A stretch of DNA of 64,000 nt, from positions 806,001 through 870,000 of the forward strand of contig OY253675.1 in NCBI GenBank assembly GCA_958009085.1, in the 5' to 3' direction. Below the pieces are notes generated by a model, which was not told where the DNA came from, did no database searches, and saw nothing but the letters and a program-made list of their open reading frames with translations. The position numbers and the translations under genes were made by a program. This stretch comes from Protoeuglena noctilucae (lineage: Eukaryota). This document shows, in pieces, positions 1-13,551 of this stretch; within the stretch, counting starts at the first letter, position 1, and the number at the start of each line of letters is the position of its first letter.

Positions 1-201
1 GAGGACCTGGAGGCTGCCGTCCTCCGCACCGTGGAGATGGGCCACATGACCAAGGACCTGGCCGTGCTCGTCAAGGGCGGCGCGGACAAGGTCGGCCGGG
101 GCGACTTCATGATGACCGAGCCCTTCTTGGACACGGTCCGTGCGACCTTCGAGGACATGCGGTGCGAGCGGTGCCACGTGGGGGGCGAGGAGTCAGATTG
201 A
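1..201 (+). CDS. IDH: NADP-dependent isocitrate dehydrogenase, C-terminal part (gene starts before the window)
   Basis: Frame 1 reads EDLEAAVLRTVEMGHMTKDLAVLVKG...DFMMTEPFLDTV and stops at TGA 199-201. MTKDLA is the conserved C-terminal motif of NADP-IDH. Confidence 0.85.
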   Translation, partial: EDLEAAVLRTVEMGHMTKDLAVLVKGGADKVGRGDFMMTEPFLDTVRATFEDMRCERCHVGGEESD

Positions 202-499
202 GAGAGTGGGGAATTCCAGGAGGGTAGCGCCAGGTGCAGCAACCCATCCAAGTTCCATCCCAGCTTTGCTTTGCCAGCCTGCATGTATCGCAGGCCAGCC
301 AGCGCAGTGCTGGCCCTGTTTGCGCCCCATCGCGCCCTGTTCGCCGTTCCTTTGCATCACTTCACCGCAGTTGCCACTTCCCACAATCGCATTCCCTTGC
401 CTATCAGCCGCACCGCATCCTAGCCACGCCTCGCTGTCCAGCCTCGGTCTGGGTGAGCATGCGAGGTCACGAGGCCCACGTTTCCACCGATCGCACCAG

Positions 500-3400
500 T
501 CACCGCGCCTTTGAAAGGATCCGCTTGGAGAATTTCTGGATCGTCTCGTCGGGGGATCTCGCGAGCCGGGACACCAGGTCCGAGAAGCGGGGGGTCATGA
601 GGGCCGTCCGGCAGGAGGGATAGGCGCACAGGTTGCCCAGAGAGAAGAGGGCGACCTTGAGGGGCGAAGACCTGCGGGCAGGGCCGAGGAACACGCTTGC
701 TGCCATGGCGCCCGGTGCTGCGCCTTTGCCCACCGTGCTGCACGCCCGCTGTGCTGCAAGCGTGACGGCGTGTGCAGCAAGCATGCAGCGTACCCGTCCG
801 GCTGGTCGTCGCCCTCGCCGCGCTCGAGGACGCCGACCAGTCTGTCGAGGGCCCCGCACGCGAGGATCTCCTGGCAGAGTGCGTCCGAGTTGCGCACGAG
901 GTTGCCCAGTGCGCCCGCCGCGTTGGCCCGGGTCTTGTCCTCCTCGGAAGCCAGGAGACCCACGAGCGGCCGCACGGCCTTGCGCAGCTGCGGATACAGC
1001 TGGTCCGTGTGGAACCCCGCGTTGCCAATCGCGAAGCACGCGAACTTCCTGCGTGGGGCGGGCACGGACGTGAGTCGGCAAATGATGCAATCACGCTCCT
1101 CCCAGCTGAGGCACGGGTCAGGATGTCCATGCAGGGTTGACAGGCATCTGGAAGCGCTCGACTCGCCTGGCGGTGGGGTCCGGGTCGTGGCAGAGGTCCA
1201 CGAGCGCGTCGACAAGGCCGTCCTTCTCAAAGGCACCGTAGAAGTAGGGGCTGTGCCGGCACATGTTGCCGATGAGGTTGCAGCACTTGGCGCGCACGCC
1301 GGCGTCCGGGTGGCGCAGGAGCGCGCCCAGGTGGGCGTGGACGCGGCCCTTGGCGATGGCCTCGTAGTGCTCGCGGCTCACGCGGGCCACCTGGCTGACG
1401 ATGAGCAGCGCGTCGGAGAGCAGCGGCGCGGGGTTGGACGGGGCCAGCACCAGCGACATGAGCGGCGCGGCCAGGCCCCCCGACTCGACGAACTGCTGCA
1501 GCAGCGGGGGGTGCGTCGAGAGGAGCCGCCATATCAACGTCAGCGGGGGTCCCATGGCCGTCCGCGACAGGCTGGGCAGCGCCGCCGTGACGGCAGCGAT
1601 GGCGCCGGACTTGGACAGGACCTGGATGAGCGCCCCTGACTGCTGCGAAGCGTCCGGGTCGGCGATGGGGCGCGCCAAGAGGTCACAGACGGAGGCCGTC
1701 ATGACGTTGACGCCGTCCTCGCCGCCGCCCAGTCGCACCGGCCACGCCTGCGCTCAGAATTAATGAGCGGGGCGACGGGTGAGCATACCGACCGAGCAGG
1801 CCAGCCAAGCAGGTCATCCCTGCCTCGCAAGCAGTCGCGGCACATGCGCAACAGGTAAGAGCTCACCAGGACGTTCTTCACGTGGCGAGCCTGCAGCAGG
1901 CCGACCAGGTAAGGCACGAGCCCCGGGGTGAGGAGCAAACGGGGCCCCAGGCAGTCGGGCGCCACCAGGCTCGCGAGGCCCTGCACAGCGGCCACCACCC
2001 CACGCGGGCTCAGCTGCAGCGCGGCCGGCCAAGGCTCCGCCAGCATCTCGGCCAGCAGGTTGCCGAGCCCCGCGTGCACGGCTGCCTGCGACGCCGCGCC
2101 GCCCCCGCCCAGCAGGGAGGCCAGCACCGAAGCCGCGCCGTCCGCCGTCCCCGTTTCTGGCACCGACCCCTCCGCAGGCGCCAGGCCCCGGTCCGCCTGC
2201 CGGCTGGACAGCACCCGGCGGATCGCCCCGAGCCTCGCCGCCGCCGCCCCGTCCGCGCCCAGCGGCTGGGGCGCCCTGGCCCCGTTCGGCGACTGCAGTG
2301 CAAACGCCTCCAGGACCCCAGCCAGCGCCTCGCAGGCGGCCGCCGCGGCCACCTCGTCGGACGCGAGCGTCTGGACCATGCCACCCAGGCGGTCCACCAC
2401 GCCCGCGTCCAGCGGCCAGTCCGGGGTCGGGGCATCGCGCGCCGAGGATGAGACTCGCCCCAGTACGAGGCTCCGGGCCAGGGCCGCCACCGCCAGGAGC
2501 GCCTCGGGGCCGCAGGCCGACTCGCCGAGGTCGAGGAGGCGGGGCAGGACGCCCAGCCGGGCCAGCTGCCGGGCCGCGGACGGCGCCGCGCGGCACGCAT
2601 GGAGCACGGCCAGCGTCGCGCCCCTCCGCCCTGAGTCGGACACCCCCGGCGCGGTCGGGTCCAGGCACGCGATCAGCGCCGTCGCCCCGGCCGCTTCCGT
2701 CTCGAGCGCCGCCGCGAACGCCGCCCGCATGCGCCCTAGCTGCGCGCGTACGTCGGTCCCCCGTGCTAAGTCGACCTGGGCCAGCGTGGCCGCGTAAGGG
2801 AGCATCGCCGCGGCGCGTTCGGGGGGCTCGACTCCCTCCGGCTGCAGCATGGCGCCGAGGAGGCGGAGCAATCGGTCTTTGAGCGAGTGGAGCGCCGCCT
2901 TGTCAGCGGCCTTGCCTTGGGTCGCCAGCGCCGCCAGCGACGCGAGGACCTTCCGAGGGAGCGACCCGGACGCCACCAGAACAGCCAGCGATCCCACATC
3001 CTCCGCCGACATGCGCCGCGGGTCTAGCAGGTACGGGTGCGCCCGCTCAAACGCGGCCTGCGGGGTTAAAGCCACGTTGGTCACGATCAGCAGCACACAT
3101 GGTCGGCACTAAGCACATTGCGCCGTCATGATCATCGACAAATCTGCAGCATTCCCGCCGCCACTCACATGCAGTCCTTCCGCCCCGGCCAGTGCCACCT
3201 CCACAGCCCCGTCCGCACCGTCGCCACCCTCCCGCTGCACCAGAGCCAGGCTTTCCAAGAACAGCTCCGGAAACCCAGGCCCCGACACCAGGCACCCCTG
3301 CCATTCCATCCCCGACGCGAATGTCGCCCCATCCGCCGCGGCCAGGCACCTCAGCGCCGCTGTCAACACCCCGCGGCAGGGAGGACCACCGACCAGCGCT

Positions 3401-5269
3401 GCCCGGGCGGCCCCCACCACCACCTCCAGCGTGGCGGCGCCGTTGTGCGCCCCCGCTCCCGACGCTCCCAGCATGCGCTGTAAGACTTTGAGACTCCGCT
3501 GCCCGCGCCGGCCCGGGTCGCTCGGCCGCTCCTGCAGCGCGCGCACCGCCCCCACCAGCTCCCCCACCACCTCCGCGTCCTCCCAAAGGCCATTCGCCTT
3601 GCTCGTGCTCGCCAGGGCGGCCCGCTCCGCGCGCTCCAGGGCTGACGCGGCCACCTCTGCCACCTCCGCCTTGGCAGGCGCTTTGGGTGCCGCCCCATTG
3701 CCCTGGGCTGCACCTGGCCCCGCAGCGTTGGCCCCCAGCGCTGCCCTGGCGCTCCCACGGGAGGGCAGCCGGTTGCGGAGGGCCTCCAGCTTGCCCTTGT
3801 TGACGCCCCGCGCGCTCTGCTGCGGGGTCGACCCGCCTGACTCAGGGGCCGCCGACCCCTGGCTGCTCGAGCTCTGGCTGCTCGTCCCAGACGCGCCCCC
3901 GGCCTCCGCCCTCCCCGGCCCTTTCACCGGGGTGATGGCCCGGTGGTGCAGGGCCGCTGCAGCCCCAGCCACCGCCCCGCCCTCGCCCTTCCACCCCAGC
4001 GAGCCCTCCGCGGCCTCGTACGCCGCCTCCAACCGCACCTTCCGCAACTCCTTCTCTTGCTCCGTTTCCCTCACGAACGGGTGGTTTAACAGGTCGGGCC
4101 ACGACAGACGCTCCTGCACACCAGGGATTGCGATCGCGTCATGTGCCGCAGCCCTGCGGCACTGTTGCCTACGCGGGGACGGCGAAGGGTGGCTCACGTT
4201 GGGTTTCTTGTTCAGCAGGCCCTTTAAGAAGGACTTGAAGTCGGGGGACATGTCGCTCGGGTAGGTGACGGGGTCGCGGACGATCTTCTGGATCAGCGTG
4301 TAGATGGAGTTGGTGAAGAAGGGGGGCTGTCCGACGAAGAGCTCATAGAGGATGATGCCGAGAGACCACAGGTCGACCGTGTGGTTCTGCAGGCACAGGC
4401 CAGGGTACGTGGGCGTGGCGAGGGTGGCTGGGATGCAGTGCGCCGCCGGAGATGGAATGCAAGCGCAATCCACAGCCCGCCGATAGCACGACATTAGCCG
4501 ATTCGCGCTCCTCACGTAGGGCTGCTCCTGCACGAGCTCTGGGGCCATGTAGAGTGGCGTGCCCTTGATGGACGTGAGGACCTGGGTGTTTTGCGACATG
4601 GCGCGGGCGAAGCCGAAATCGCAGAGCTTTACCGTGCCGCCGTTGCCGACGAGGATGTTCTGGGGCTTCATGTCCCGGTGCAGGATGCGATTCGAATGGA
4701 GGTAGTGCAGCGCACGGACCAGCTGCTTGGCGATCGCCTGAACCACGTCCTCCGGCAGGCGCTTGTCGTCCTCCAATATCTCGAACAGCTGCGGGGGCCA
4801 TCAAGCGACGCGACGGCGTCGGTGAGGCAGGGGAGGCGAGCCATTGTCAGGGACGTCACCAGGCCACGAAAACACCCCCCGCAACGGGGCGCGTTGGCTA
4901 CTGCGCATCCACATGTGCACGTCACAGGTGTAACAGGCAAGCGCCGCCCCTGGACGGTCGCAAGGGCTGCAGGAAGCGCAGGACGGGGCCGAAAGCAAGT
5001 CGGGAACTCACCTCGCCCTGGGCGAACTCTGTGACGACGCAAAACTCGTTGCGTGTCTCGAAGGTGTCAAGCATCTGGATGATGTTCTCGTGGCGCAGGT
5101 GGCGGAGGATCTCGATCTCTTGCCGCAGGTTTCGGCAGTCGCGCTCACTCTTCCCGTGCTTGAGGATGAACTTCATGGCAACGATCTGCCCCGTGAACTT
5201 GCGGCGACCCTTATACACCTTCCCGAACGAGCCCTCGCCGATCGGCTCGATGACATGGTAGTTGTCCAT
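500..5269 (-). CDS. STK36: FUSED/STK36/TIO-like Ser/Thr kinase with C-terminal ARM/HEAT repeats (multi-exon)
   Basis: Kinase motifs [44 protein letters not shown] and [15 protein letters not shown] region [16 protein letters not shown] and [14 protein letters not shown]. Confidence 0.93.
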
Positions 5270-5555
5270 CGTTCGCCCAGCCCCCCTGGGGCAACCACTG
5301 TGCTCAGCGGCGAACAGGGCTCATCAGCACAAATCCGGCTATCAGATTCACCACGCAGGCACAGCAACAGTGCTGGGAAACGGGCGCTCGCAGGGCGATT
5401 GTCGGTTGCACTCGGCGCTCTGGCGCCTGCCGTTCGTCAGGAAATGCTGCTCAACAATAACGGCAGCTCGCGACGCTGGGGAACGAAAGCGTAGGGGGTT
5501 GCTCGACCGACGCCGCGGACTCGCAGTGCGCCTGGTGTCGCATTTGGAGGCGAAG

Positions 5556-7131
5556 ATGGAGGGCGGTGGGGTAGGAGGCGATAGAGGCGATAGCGAGGAT
5601 CTCAGGGACCAGACGCTGTCTCATTTGTTCCAGGAAGCGTATCAGTTCGTCAGCGAGGTCGAGGAGGGGCGCCAGCCCACGGCTGCGGAGTGCGAGCGGC
5701 ACGGAGCGGTCCTCTCGGAGTGCGGTGAGGGTTCATTTGCAATGCAACAGATCGCTACTGTATGCCAAGTACAACATTTATGATCCGCAAGCTCGCTGTT
5801 CGCCCTTACAGAGAGGAAGGTGGAGGAGCTGGCCCTCTTCAGCCGCAACGAGGACGCCGATGACATCCAGACGGCTCACCTGCGCTTCATCCTTCTGCCT
5901 TATCTTCTTGGTGAGTGGGGTGCCGCCGCCGCATGCTGTGGCGGCGTATGGATGCCGCCGGCCCGCACCGGGCGCTGCTCTTCCACGCAGGGACGCTCCT
6001 GAGCTCGACGCCGGAGCGCGACGCGGTCGACCGGGGCCGGACTCTCGCTCGTGCGCTGGCCCAGTACAACGTATATGTCTCTCGCTGCCTGGACTGGAAC
6101 CTTTTGGGCCCTGAGGCCCGCGCCGAGGCATCGCGGGACCCGCATGAGGTGACTTGGCTGCGCTCCAGCCCCACTGCGCCCACTCGTGCCGTGTAGGGGC
6201 ACTTTTGACGAAGGAAAGGTCATGCATTGCAGGTCGTGGGGCCGTCCAGGATGAGGGACGAGAAGGTGGCCCGGTACAAGCGCGAGAAGTTCATCAAAGG
6301 CCGCCTGACACAGCTGGAGGCCCAATCGCGGGGTTTGCGGTCCGGGGAGGAGGGCGAGGACGGCGACTTTCCCCCAGGGATGGACGTGAGTTAGCTTAGC
6401 TGGCGTGCTTGAAATGTCTGAGCAGGTGGCAGATGGTGTATGAACACTGTGGACGCTGTGGTGAACGCGTGCAGGAGGCCGAGGTCCGGGAGGTCTGGCT
6501 GCTCAGGCTCGATCTCGCTGCGCTGAAGGCGCTGGCAAATAAGGGCATGATCCAACAGGAGCTGGAGATCCTGCGGCTCAAGGCGACGGTGAGGGCGGGG
6601 TGCCTTGGCGGTGGCAGGCAACAGGGTTGCGGCACTGTTATTGGCGACATCAGCACAGCTTCGGCGTCCCTTGCAGGTCGCGGACGAGGGGGATGAGGAG
6701 CAGGAGGACGCTGGGCCGTTGCCAGCCATGATGAGTCGATTGCAGGACATCTCGCTTGCCCTGACCGGGTCGCGTCGGAACGACATCGCGCAGTCCGTGC
6801 TGCGGCCAGGGCACCAGCTCCCGACGATGACCCTCGCGGAGCTGGGGGAGCGGGAGTACCAGGAGGCGGCGGAGAGGGATGAGCGCCAGAAACGAGCGGA
6901 GGAGGAGCGCGCCAGGCGGAAGGAGGCCGCTAGGGAAGGGAGCGACGACGAGGACGAGCTGCGGCGGCAGCGCGCGTTCGACGACTTCAAGGTGTGCGCG
7001 GCAAGCTAGGTGGAAGGGATCGTAACTTGGCTGCGATGCCAGCGCTGAGTCCGTGAAGTGCGCCCTTGCTCTGGCCGCAGGACCACGTCAAGCGCGGGAT
7101 GGGCAACTCTGCCATCAAACCAACCCGGTAG
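5556..7131 (+). CDS. TAP46: TAP42/TAP46/alpha4 PP2A-associated regulatory protein (multi-exon)
   Basis: LFSRNEDADDIQTAHLRFILLPYLLG, RDEKVARYK, VLRPGHQLPTMTLAE and C-terminal RAFDDFKDHVKRGMGNS all match TAP42-family motifs. Confidence 0.9.
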
Positions 7132-7138
7132 CTGGGGT

Positions 7139-8664
7139 TTAGGTCTCTTGGACGGGTAGCAAGCACGACAGGCTGATGCACTCGTCAATGGCGTCGCCCT
7201 TGGCCGGGTCGCTGTACACAAACACGACGTGGAGGCAGCCGCCGTCCTCCGGGATGCCCAGCAGGACCTTGGCCGGCTCCGTGAGCTGCTTGGCCCGCAG
7301 GATCCGCAGAAAGAGGGACGTAATGACGACCACGCGCGCCCCGTAGCCCGCCTGGAGTGGGCGGCACACCGGCGTCATAGATGGGCCGATGCGCAGCGCG
7401 GGTGCTAGCAGGCAGCAAAGTTGGGTCCTGTGTCACCTCAACCGCCTCCGCCAGCCGCGTGTGCGCGGAGGTAGCCGTCGGCGTGAACCTCTGGCCTGCG
7501 CCCTGGTCCGGACACACCGGTAGGTGGCTGATCTCAGAGCCCAGGAAGAGGCCCCCGCTGTCGACCTCCAAGTACAGAGACCCCGACTTGGCGATGCCGA
7601 GCGTGACGGTGGGGCTCACGCGCTTCAGCTGCTCCACGATGGGCTGCGATGGCGTGCGTGGGCAGCACGGTCGGCACAGCGTCAAGAGAGCGAGACAGGG
7701 CAGGTGGGCTCGCCCAAGAGGCTCACCTGCAGGTCCGACACCTGGGCCCCGATGTCCAGGTACCACGAGAGAGGGTGGAAGTGATTTTTACAAGCGACCA
7801 GCTCGTTGATGCGGCTCGACGGATGGGGCTTCCCCACCGGCAGCTCCTGTGTCAAGCGCAGCTGCTCTCCGGGCAGCTGGAACGACAAGGACGGCTGCGA
7901 AAGACACGAAAGCACGGCAGATCGCACCTGCCTCGGGACCCTGTCATCGGCTGGGTTGCAACCACTAGCCGCTTCCACCTGCATGGTCAAGCAGGTCACC
8001 TTCTTGGCTGCCGGACCTGCAGGGGAGGCCTTGATCTCGAGCAGCGAGAGCTTGACCTGCACCTGCTCTGCCGCGTGCTTGATCGCGCCCTGAAACACCT
8101 TGCCCAGCTGCTCGAGGTCCACCTCCGTCGCGATGAGGTTCTGCGATGAACCATGGAGGTGCGACGGTCAATGCCAGGCACTGCCAAGCACGCCACATGC
8201 AGCCGGAGCTGGGCGGGCGAAGCTGGTAGGGCGCTTGCCTGGTGACGGCTCTCAAGGACGAGGCTCCCCGGGACCCACAGGACCCCCGCCTGGATCATGA
8301 CCACCAGCTGCGCTCCTTGGGTGTCCTGCGCGGGCAGCGGCGGGCCCAGCGTAAGGCGGACGCAGCCCTGCAGCAGATGCAGGCATAAGAAAGCATTGTA
8401 TCTCAAAGCGGGGCCGCACCTTCTCCTGCATAATGAGGCTGAGGTCCTCTTCGGAAAGGAAGAGGTCGGCCCGCTTCCCAAACCGCTCCAGCGTGGGAAT
8501 GAAGCGGTGGAGCATCTGGATACCCCGCTCGGAGATCGTTGCCTGTGATGCAGAAGGCGCGGCGGGGAGAGGAGCATCAGCGGCGCCGCGGACGGAACCA
8601 AAGCACGCGCAGCGTGGAGTCCAGCTCCCAGCGCACTCAGCCAGGTTCTTACCCTGAACTTCAT
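7139..8664 (-). CDS. HUS1: HUS1 checkpoint clamp (9-1-1) subunit (multi-exon)
   Basis: MKFR/ATISERGIQMLHRFIPTLERFGK...LESRHQ/NLIATEVDLEQL...LTQELPVGKP resembles the plant-type HUS1 N-terminus and core. Confidence 0.8.
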
Positions 8665-9121
8665 CCTCGCTCATCCTCTATATCAGCTTCATGCAGATGA
8701 TGTGCCCCAACCCACACCACGCGGCCCACGCCGCGACTTTCCTGGTCTGCAAAGTGCAACCCTCGCGTGCGCCGTATTATGCGGTGTTTCCAAAGCAGTG
8801 CGACGCTTGACGACACACACGCAGTGACATGAACAATAAGAAAAGTCCGAGAAGGGCTTATCTCCGCTCCTGGAAATTCTGACGACAGCGCGCCAGCTCC
8901 TCCCGACCAATCCGACGCCCTGCAGCACGTCCTGGCACCACCATTTCGGCGTTCACGTAGTTTTGCATCGCTGGTCCTGCACGCGCTCTGCGGGGCGCAT
9001 GAGGCCGGCGAGGCGGACGCAGGTCGATGCATTGCAGCGGCAATCGCGGCTCATCGCTGGCCCTGTCCGTCGTTTAAGTACACGGCTGGCTGTGAGGTCG
9101 CCGAAGCAACTTGGGGAGACG

Positions 9122-11531
9122 ATGTCAGCCAGCGATCGCGCGGCGGGCGCGGGCGTGGACATCGATGCAGTGCTGGCAGCGTCCTCGGCCTTCCCCGTCG
9201 GAATCAAGCCGCCCTATGGCACGGGTGGCTTTCGTGCCGAGGGATCGCAGCTGGAGTCCACCCTCTTCAGGTCCGGGGCCCTTGCGATGCCTGCCCTTGG
9301 CATGCATCCGCGCGTGCCGACGTTGCTCAGAGAACCGCTGCTTCGTCGGGACGTGCAGGTGCGGGTCGATCGCAGCGGTGCGGGCCATGTCAACGAGGAA
9401 GAGGATCGGTCTCATGGTCACTGCGTCGCACAACCCGGAGCCCGACAACGGCGTGAAGCTGATCGATCCTGATGGGTCCATGTTCCCCGTCGAGCTGGGT
9501 GGGCAGGGGGCAGGGGGGAGCTGCTGCGCCAGGATCACAGCACCGAGCATATCTCCAAGCTGGCAACTGACTGTGATATGCTCGTCCCCTGCGCCCATGC
9601 GCAGAGGGCCCCGCAACAGCCGTGGTGTGGGCCGAGAGGCCTGAGGAGCTGCGCAGCTCCCTGGAGACCCTGGTGGCCAGGAGTCAGGCAATTGCCACTC
9701 ATGTGCCGATGCCTTTGATTGATGGTCCTGGCGAGGGCCCCCGAGTCATCGTGGCCCATGACACGCGGCCTACGTCAGGTGCCCTCGCGTGCCATTGCTG
9801 CCATGCCCTGTGCCTCTGCACGGCCCTGCCGTCGCCGACAACTTCGTTCTGTGTGTGCCCTTGCAACCCTCAGAGGCCCTCGCCGCCGCGGCTGTGCGGG
9901 GCATCGAGGCTGCCGGGTGCCGCGCCGACCTCCGCGGCCTGCTCACGACGCCCCAGTGCCACTTCGCGGTGTGGTGCTCGAACCGGGGGAGACCCGAGAC
10001 GGAGGACTACTACTTCGACACGCTCGTCTCTGGCTTCCGAGCCCTGACGCATGCCCAGGCAGGGGCCAGGCCCCGCGCGGTCGCTGTGGACTGCGCCAAC
10101 GGGGTGGGCGCTCCCAAGATGGCGGAACTGGCCACGAGGCTCATGCCGCACGGGTGAGCTGCCCGGGTGACGGCTGGGTTCGTTCATCGACCACTGCACA
10201 GGTCTGTGCCCCACATGAGTGTGTGCCCGGGCCTCGTCTCCAGGTTGGCATTGAGTTTGAGGAACGCCGGGGAGGGCCGCCTCAACCACCTCTGCGGCGC
10301 GGACTACGTGCAAAAGGCGAAGCGGGCCCCGCCGGGGTTCGAGGCGGCGGGGAGCGGCGGGTACAGCGTCGATGGGGATGCCGACCGTGCCGTGTACTTT
10401 GAGACGGCAGCAGTGGAGGCGAGGAAGTTGCGAGAGTGCTGTGACGATTGCAATATGGCGTTTGAGAGCCTTGACCCGAATTCGCCGCTGCTCCTACAGG
10501 GCCAGGCTGGCGAGGGAGGCGTCTTGCTGTTTGACGGCGATCGCATCGCAGCCCTGCTGGCCTCTGAGGTCAAGGCTCTCATGGACCGACTGCCGGGGCT
10601 GTCGCACGGTCGTCTGGGTGTCGTGCAGACGGCGTACGCGAACGGGGCCTCAACGGCGTACCTGAAGGACTCCATGGGGTGCGAGGTGGTCTGCACTAAG
10701 ACAGGTCAGCAGCGTCGCCTAGCACTGCTGGTCTCGCTCGCTCATGCCGTGTACGGTTCCGGCACGGCATGCACTTACAGTACAAGCACGTTGCGCCCGC
10801 AGGGGTGAAGCACCTGCACGCCGCAGCGGTGCAATTCGACGTGGGCGTCTATTTCGAGGCAAACGGCCACGGCTCCGTGCTGTTCTCGGAGGCGCTGCTG
10901 ACAGAGCTGCGAGCGCTGGTGGAAAGCGGTCCTGAAGAGAGCGCGCAGGCAGCCCAGGAGCTCCTGGCATTCTCTGACATGGTCAACCAGTCGGTCGGGT
11001 GAGGCACTGGTACCGGTATTTGTATCACCATGCGCAAGGTGTGTTCTGCTAGGGTGGGGATCCCAACGGCGCTTTTGCCATCGCAGGGACGCCCTGTCGA
11101 TCTTGCTGGCCGTGGAGGCGGTGCGGATGCGGCGGGGATGGGCGACGGCGCAGTGGGCGTCAATGTACCGAGACCTGCCGGCCGCGCAGTTCACCGTCCG
11201 CGTCAAGGACCGCTTTGCTTTGAAAACGAGCGAGGTGACGAAGAGACGTCGCCAGTATGGCATGTCAGGGCACGTGACTGAACCCTGTGCGTCAACCACC
11301 ACCACGCCCTCTACCGTGCTACTGCAGGACGAGACGAGGCTCCTGGCCCCTGCCGGCCTCCAACCTCGCATCGACGAATGTCTTGCGGCGCACCCGGGGT
11401 CTCGGGCCTTCTTCAGGCCCTCAGGAACCGAGGACGTCGTGCGGGGGTACATCGAGGCACCCAGCGAGGCCACCGTCGCAGACCTGAGGCGCGAGCTGGA
11501 GACAATCGTGGTGGAGCATCTGTCCTCCTAG
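9122..11531 (+). CDS. PGM3: Phosphoacetylglucosamine mutase (multi-exon)
   Basis: [60 protein letters not shown] and [14 protein letters not shown]. Confidence 0.93.
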
Positions 11532-11610
11532 TGCCGCGAGGCGCCGATGCCGAGGCCCGCTGGGAGGCCGGCGTCGCACATGGCCGTCCGCCCCAAATGG
11601 TGGCTGCTGC

Positions 11611-13286
11611 CTAGCTCCAGCCTTGCTCCAGGGGTCCCGCAGGGGACGCTTCCCTGACCTCCCCGATGTCGCCTGCTGGCATGTCTCTCCTACCGTTGGG
11701 CGGCGCCTCCCCTTCTGCCTCGCGCAGCCCGCTCAGGTTGAGCACAATCTGGTCTCTCGTCGGCTGGTGGAAGTACAGCGCACGGTGGAAGGAGATGGCT
11801 TGGATGGCGCTCTGCAAGCGCATGAAGCGATGGAAGTCGAGCGGCATCCATGCTTCTAAGAGCGCACTGCACCCTGCTGGGTCCACGCCTGGCTACTCAC
11901 CGCCAGGACTGCGACGAGGACGCAGGTGGAGAGCAGCATGAACAGCGCGGCGACCATGGCGTCTGCGTTTGAAAGAAGATTCGGCGGCTGTTACCCAATA
12001 TTAGAATCACAAGTGCGTCTTGGTCAGCGCAGCACAGCTGATGCCAGTGTCGCGCACGCACCGACCGTCTTGCTCCGAACCCCGTCCGCCATTTGTGGGA
12101 TCTGGTAAAGGCCTTTCGGCACGCACAAGCACTCTGCAAAGAGGCAAGGGTTACTATGAGAGAATGGCTCCCACACCCATCCACATGGTCAGGCAGCTCG
12201 CACAACACACGAGTGCACGGTCCATGCTCACTTCCTTGGTGAAGGAACCACAGAGAGCTGACGTCCACGCAGTGCGGTGGGCAGTTGTTGGCGGCCGACA
12301 GCCCCTGCGGCTTGTTGAAGCGCTCCACCACCTTCCGGACCGCATCGGCATACCCCAGCTTCTGCGCGGTGGGGGCAGGCGTCGCGGTGACAAGCCCACA
12401 GGCAGGAGTGGTGTCGGATGCCTGCGCAGAGCGCCAGATATGCTTTAGCCTCGCCTCGAGCTCGCAGAACCAGAAGGGCTCGGCACTGCAAGGCGTCCCC
12501 TTGGGCGGGAGCTTGAGGCCACCTCCGCCGCCCCCGAAGAACAGGGACGCCAGGTTGAGCGCGTTCCTCAAAAGGTCGTCGAACTTCTGCAAACGGGGAC
12601 GGACGTAGAGAGACTCGGGACGAGGGGTTGAGGGCCCGTCATAACGCGACGCCGTGCGAGCTGCTCGCCTTGATCAGGGAGTTGGCCTTGCCCAGCAGCG
12701 GGTCGACGAGCTTCAGAGCCCCCTTGACGGCGAGCTGCAGCGCGACGGCCGCCCCGTTCCACCACGCGTCGATCCCGATCGAAACCCCGGCGAGGATGGC
12801 GATGCAGTAGGCGTAGACCAGGCAGAGGACCGCGAGGACGAGGAGGGCCGTCAGTTGCCATTCCTCCGGCACCGGCGACGCGCCCTCGCTCTCGGCCTTG
12901 CGGCGCGCGTACTCTGCGCTCGCCCGCACGGCCGCGAAGAGGGAGATGAACACAAACCCGAACACGAACGCCACCAGGAACCACCGCGTCAGCTTCGGCA
13001 GCTCCAACCGCAGCAGGCTGGGCGCCGCGAAGCCTGCGGTCGCGAATGCCTGCTGAGTCCTGCGAGGGGCGCGAGCGCGCGGTGGGCAGGCGCCGCATAT
13101 GCGCATGCAAATGAGCTGCCGATTCCCATCTCACCGGGTCAGCGCGTCGCCATTTCGACCCTTCCACACGGACAACGCAATCAGGAGCGCGAGGAGGGCG
13201 CAGACGGTGACCCAGGGCACGGTACCCAGCGCAAGCAAGGCCCGCTCCCGGGCCGAGCGGGAGGGGGGCTTGGCGGGCCCCTGCAT
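11611..13286 (-). CDS. Four-TM membrane protein with a Cys-rich loop, PLP/DM20/M6-like topology (multi-exon)
   Basis: Four hydrophobic segments (VPWVTVCALLALLIALSVW; WFLVAFVFGFVFISLFAAV; LLVLAVLCLVYAYCIAILAGV; AMVAALFMLLSTCVLVAVLA). A Cys-rich loop containing CPPHCVDVSSLW..ECLC lies between TM3 and TM4. Confidence 0.6.
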
Positions 13287-13551
13287 GGCCTAGTCAGGCA
13301 CTCGGTCGTTTAAGCAAGAGTTTGGCGTCAAAGGCGCGCAGATTAAAAGAATGAGCGGCGCGGCGTCAGCTTAGCTTGCCGCGGCACCCCCGGCATCCAA
13401 CGCGACAGCCTCTCGTTTCGCGGGACTACGCGGTGCGGCTGCTTTTCGCAATTGAAGTTACATGTGCCGTCGACAGCAGGATCGAGCGGCTGAAACCGGT
13501 CGTCGGGGAGTGACCTGACGCTTGTCAGACAGGGCAGCTCAAGCTGGCTTC

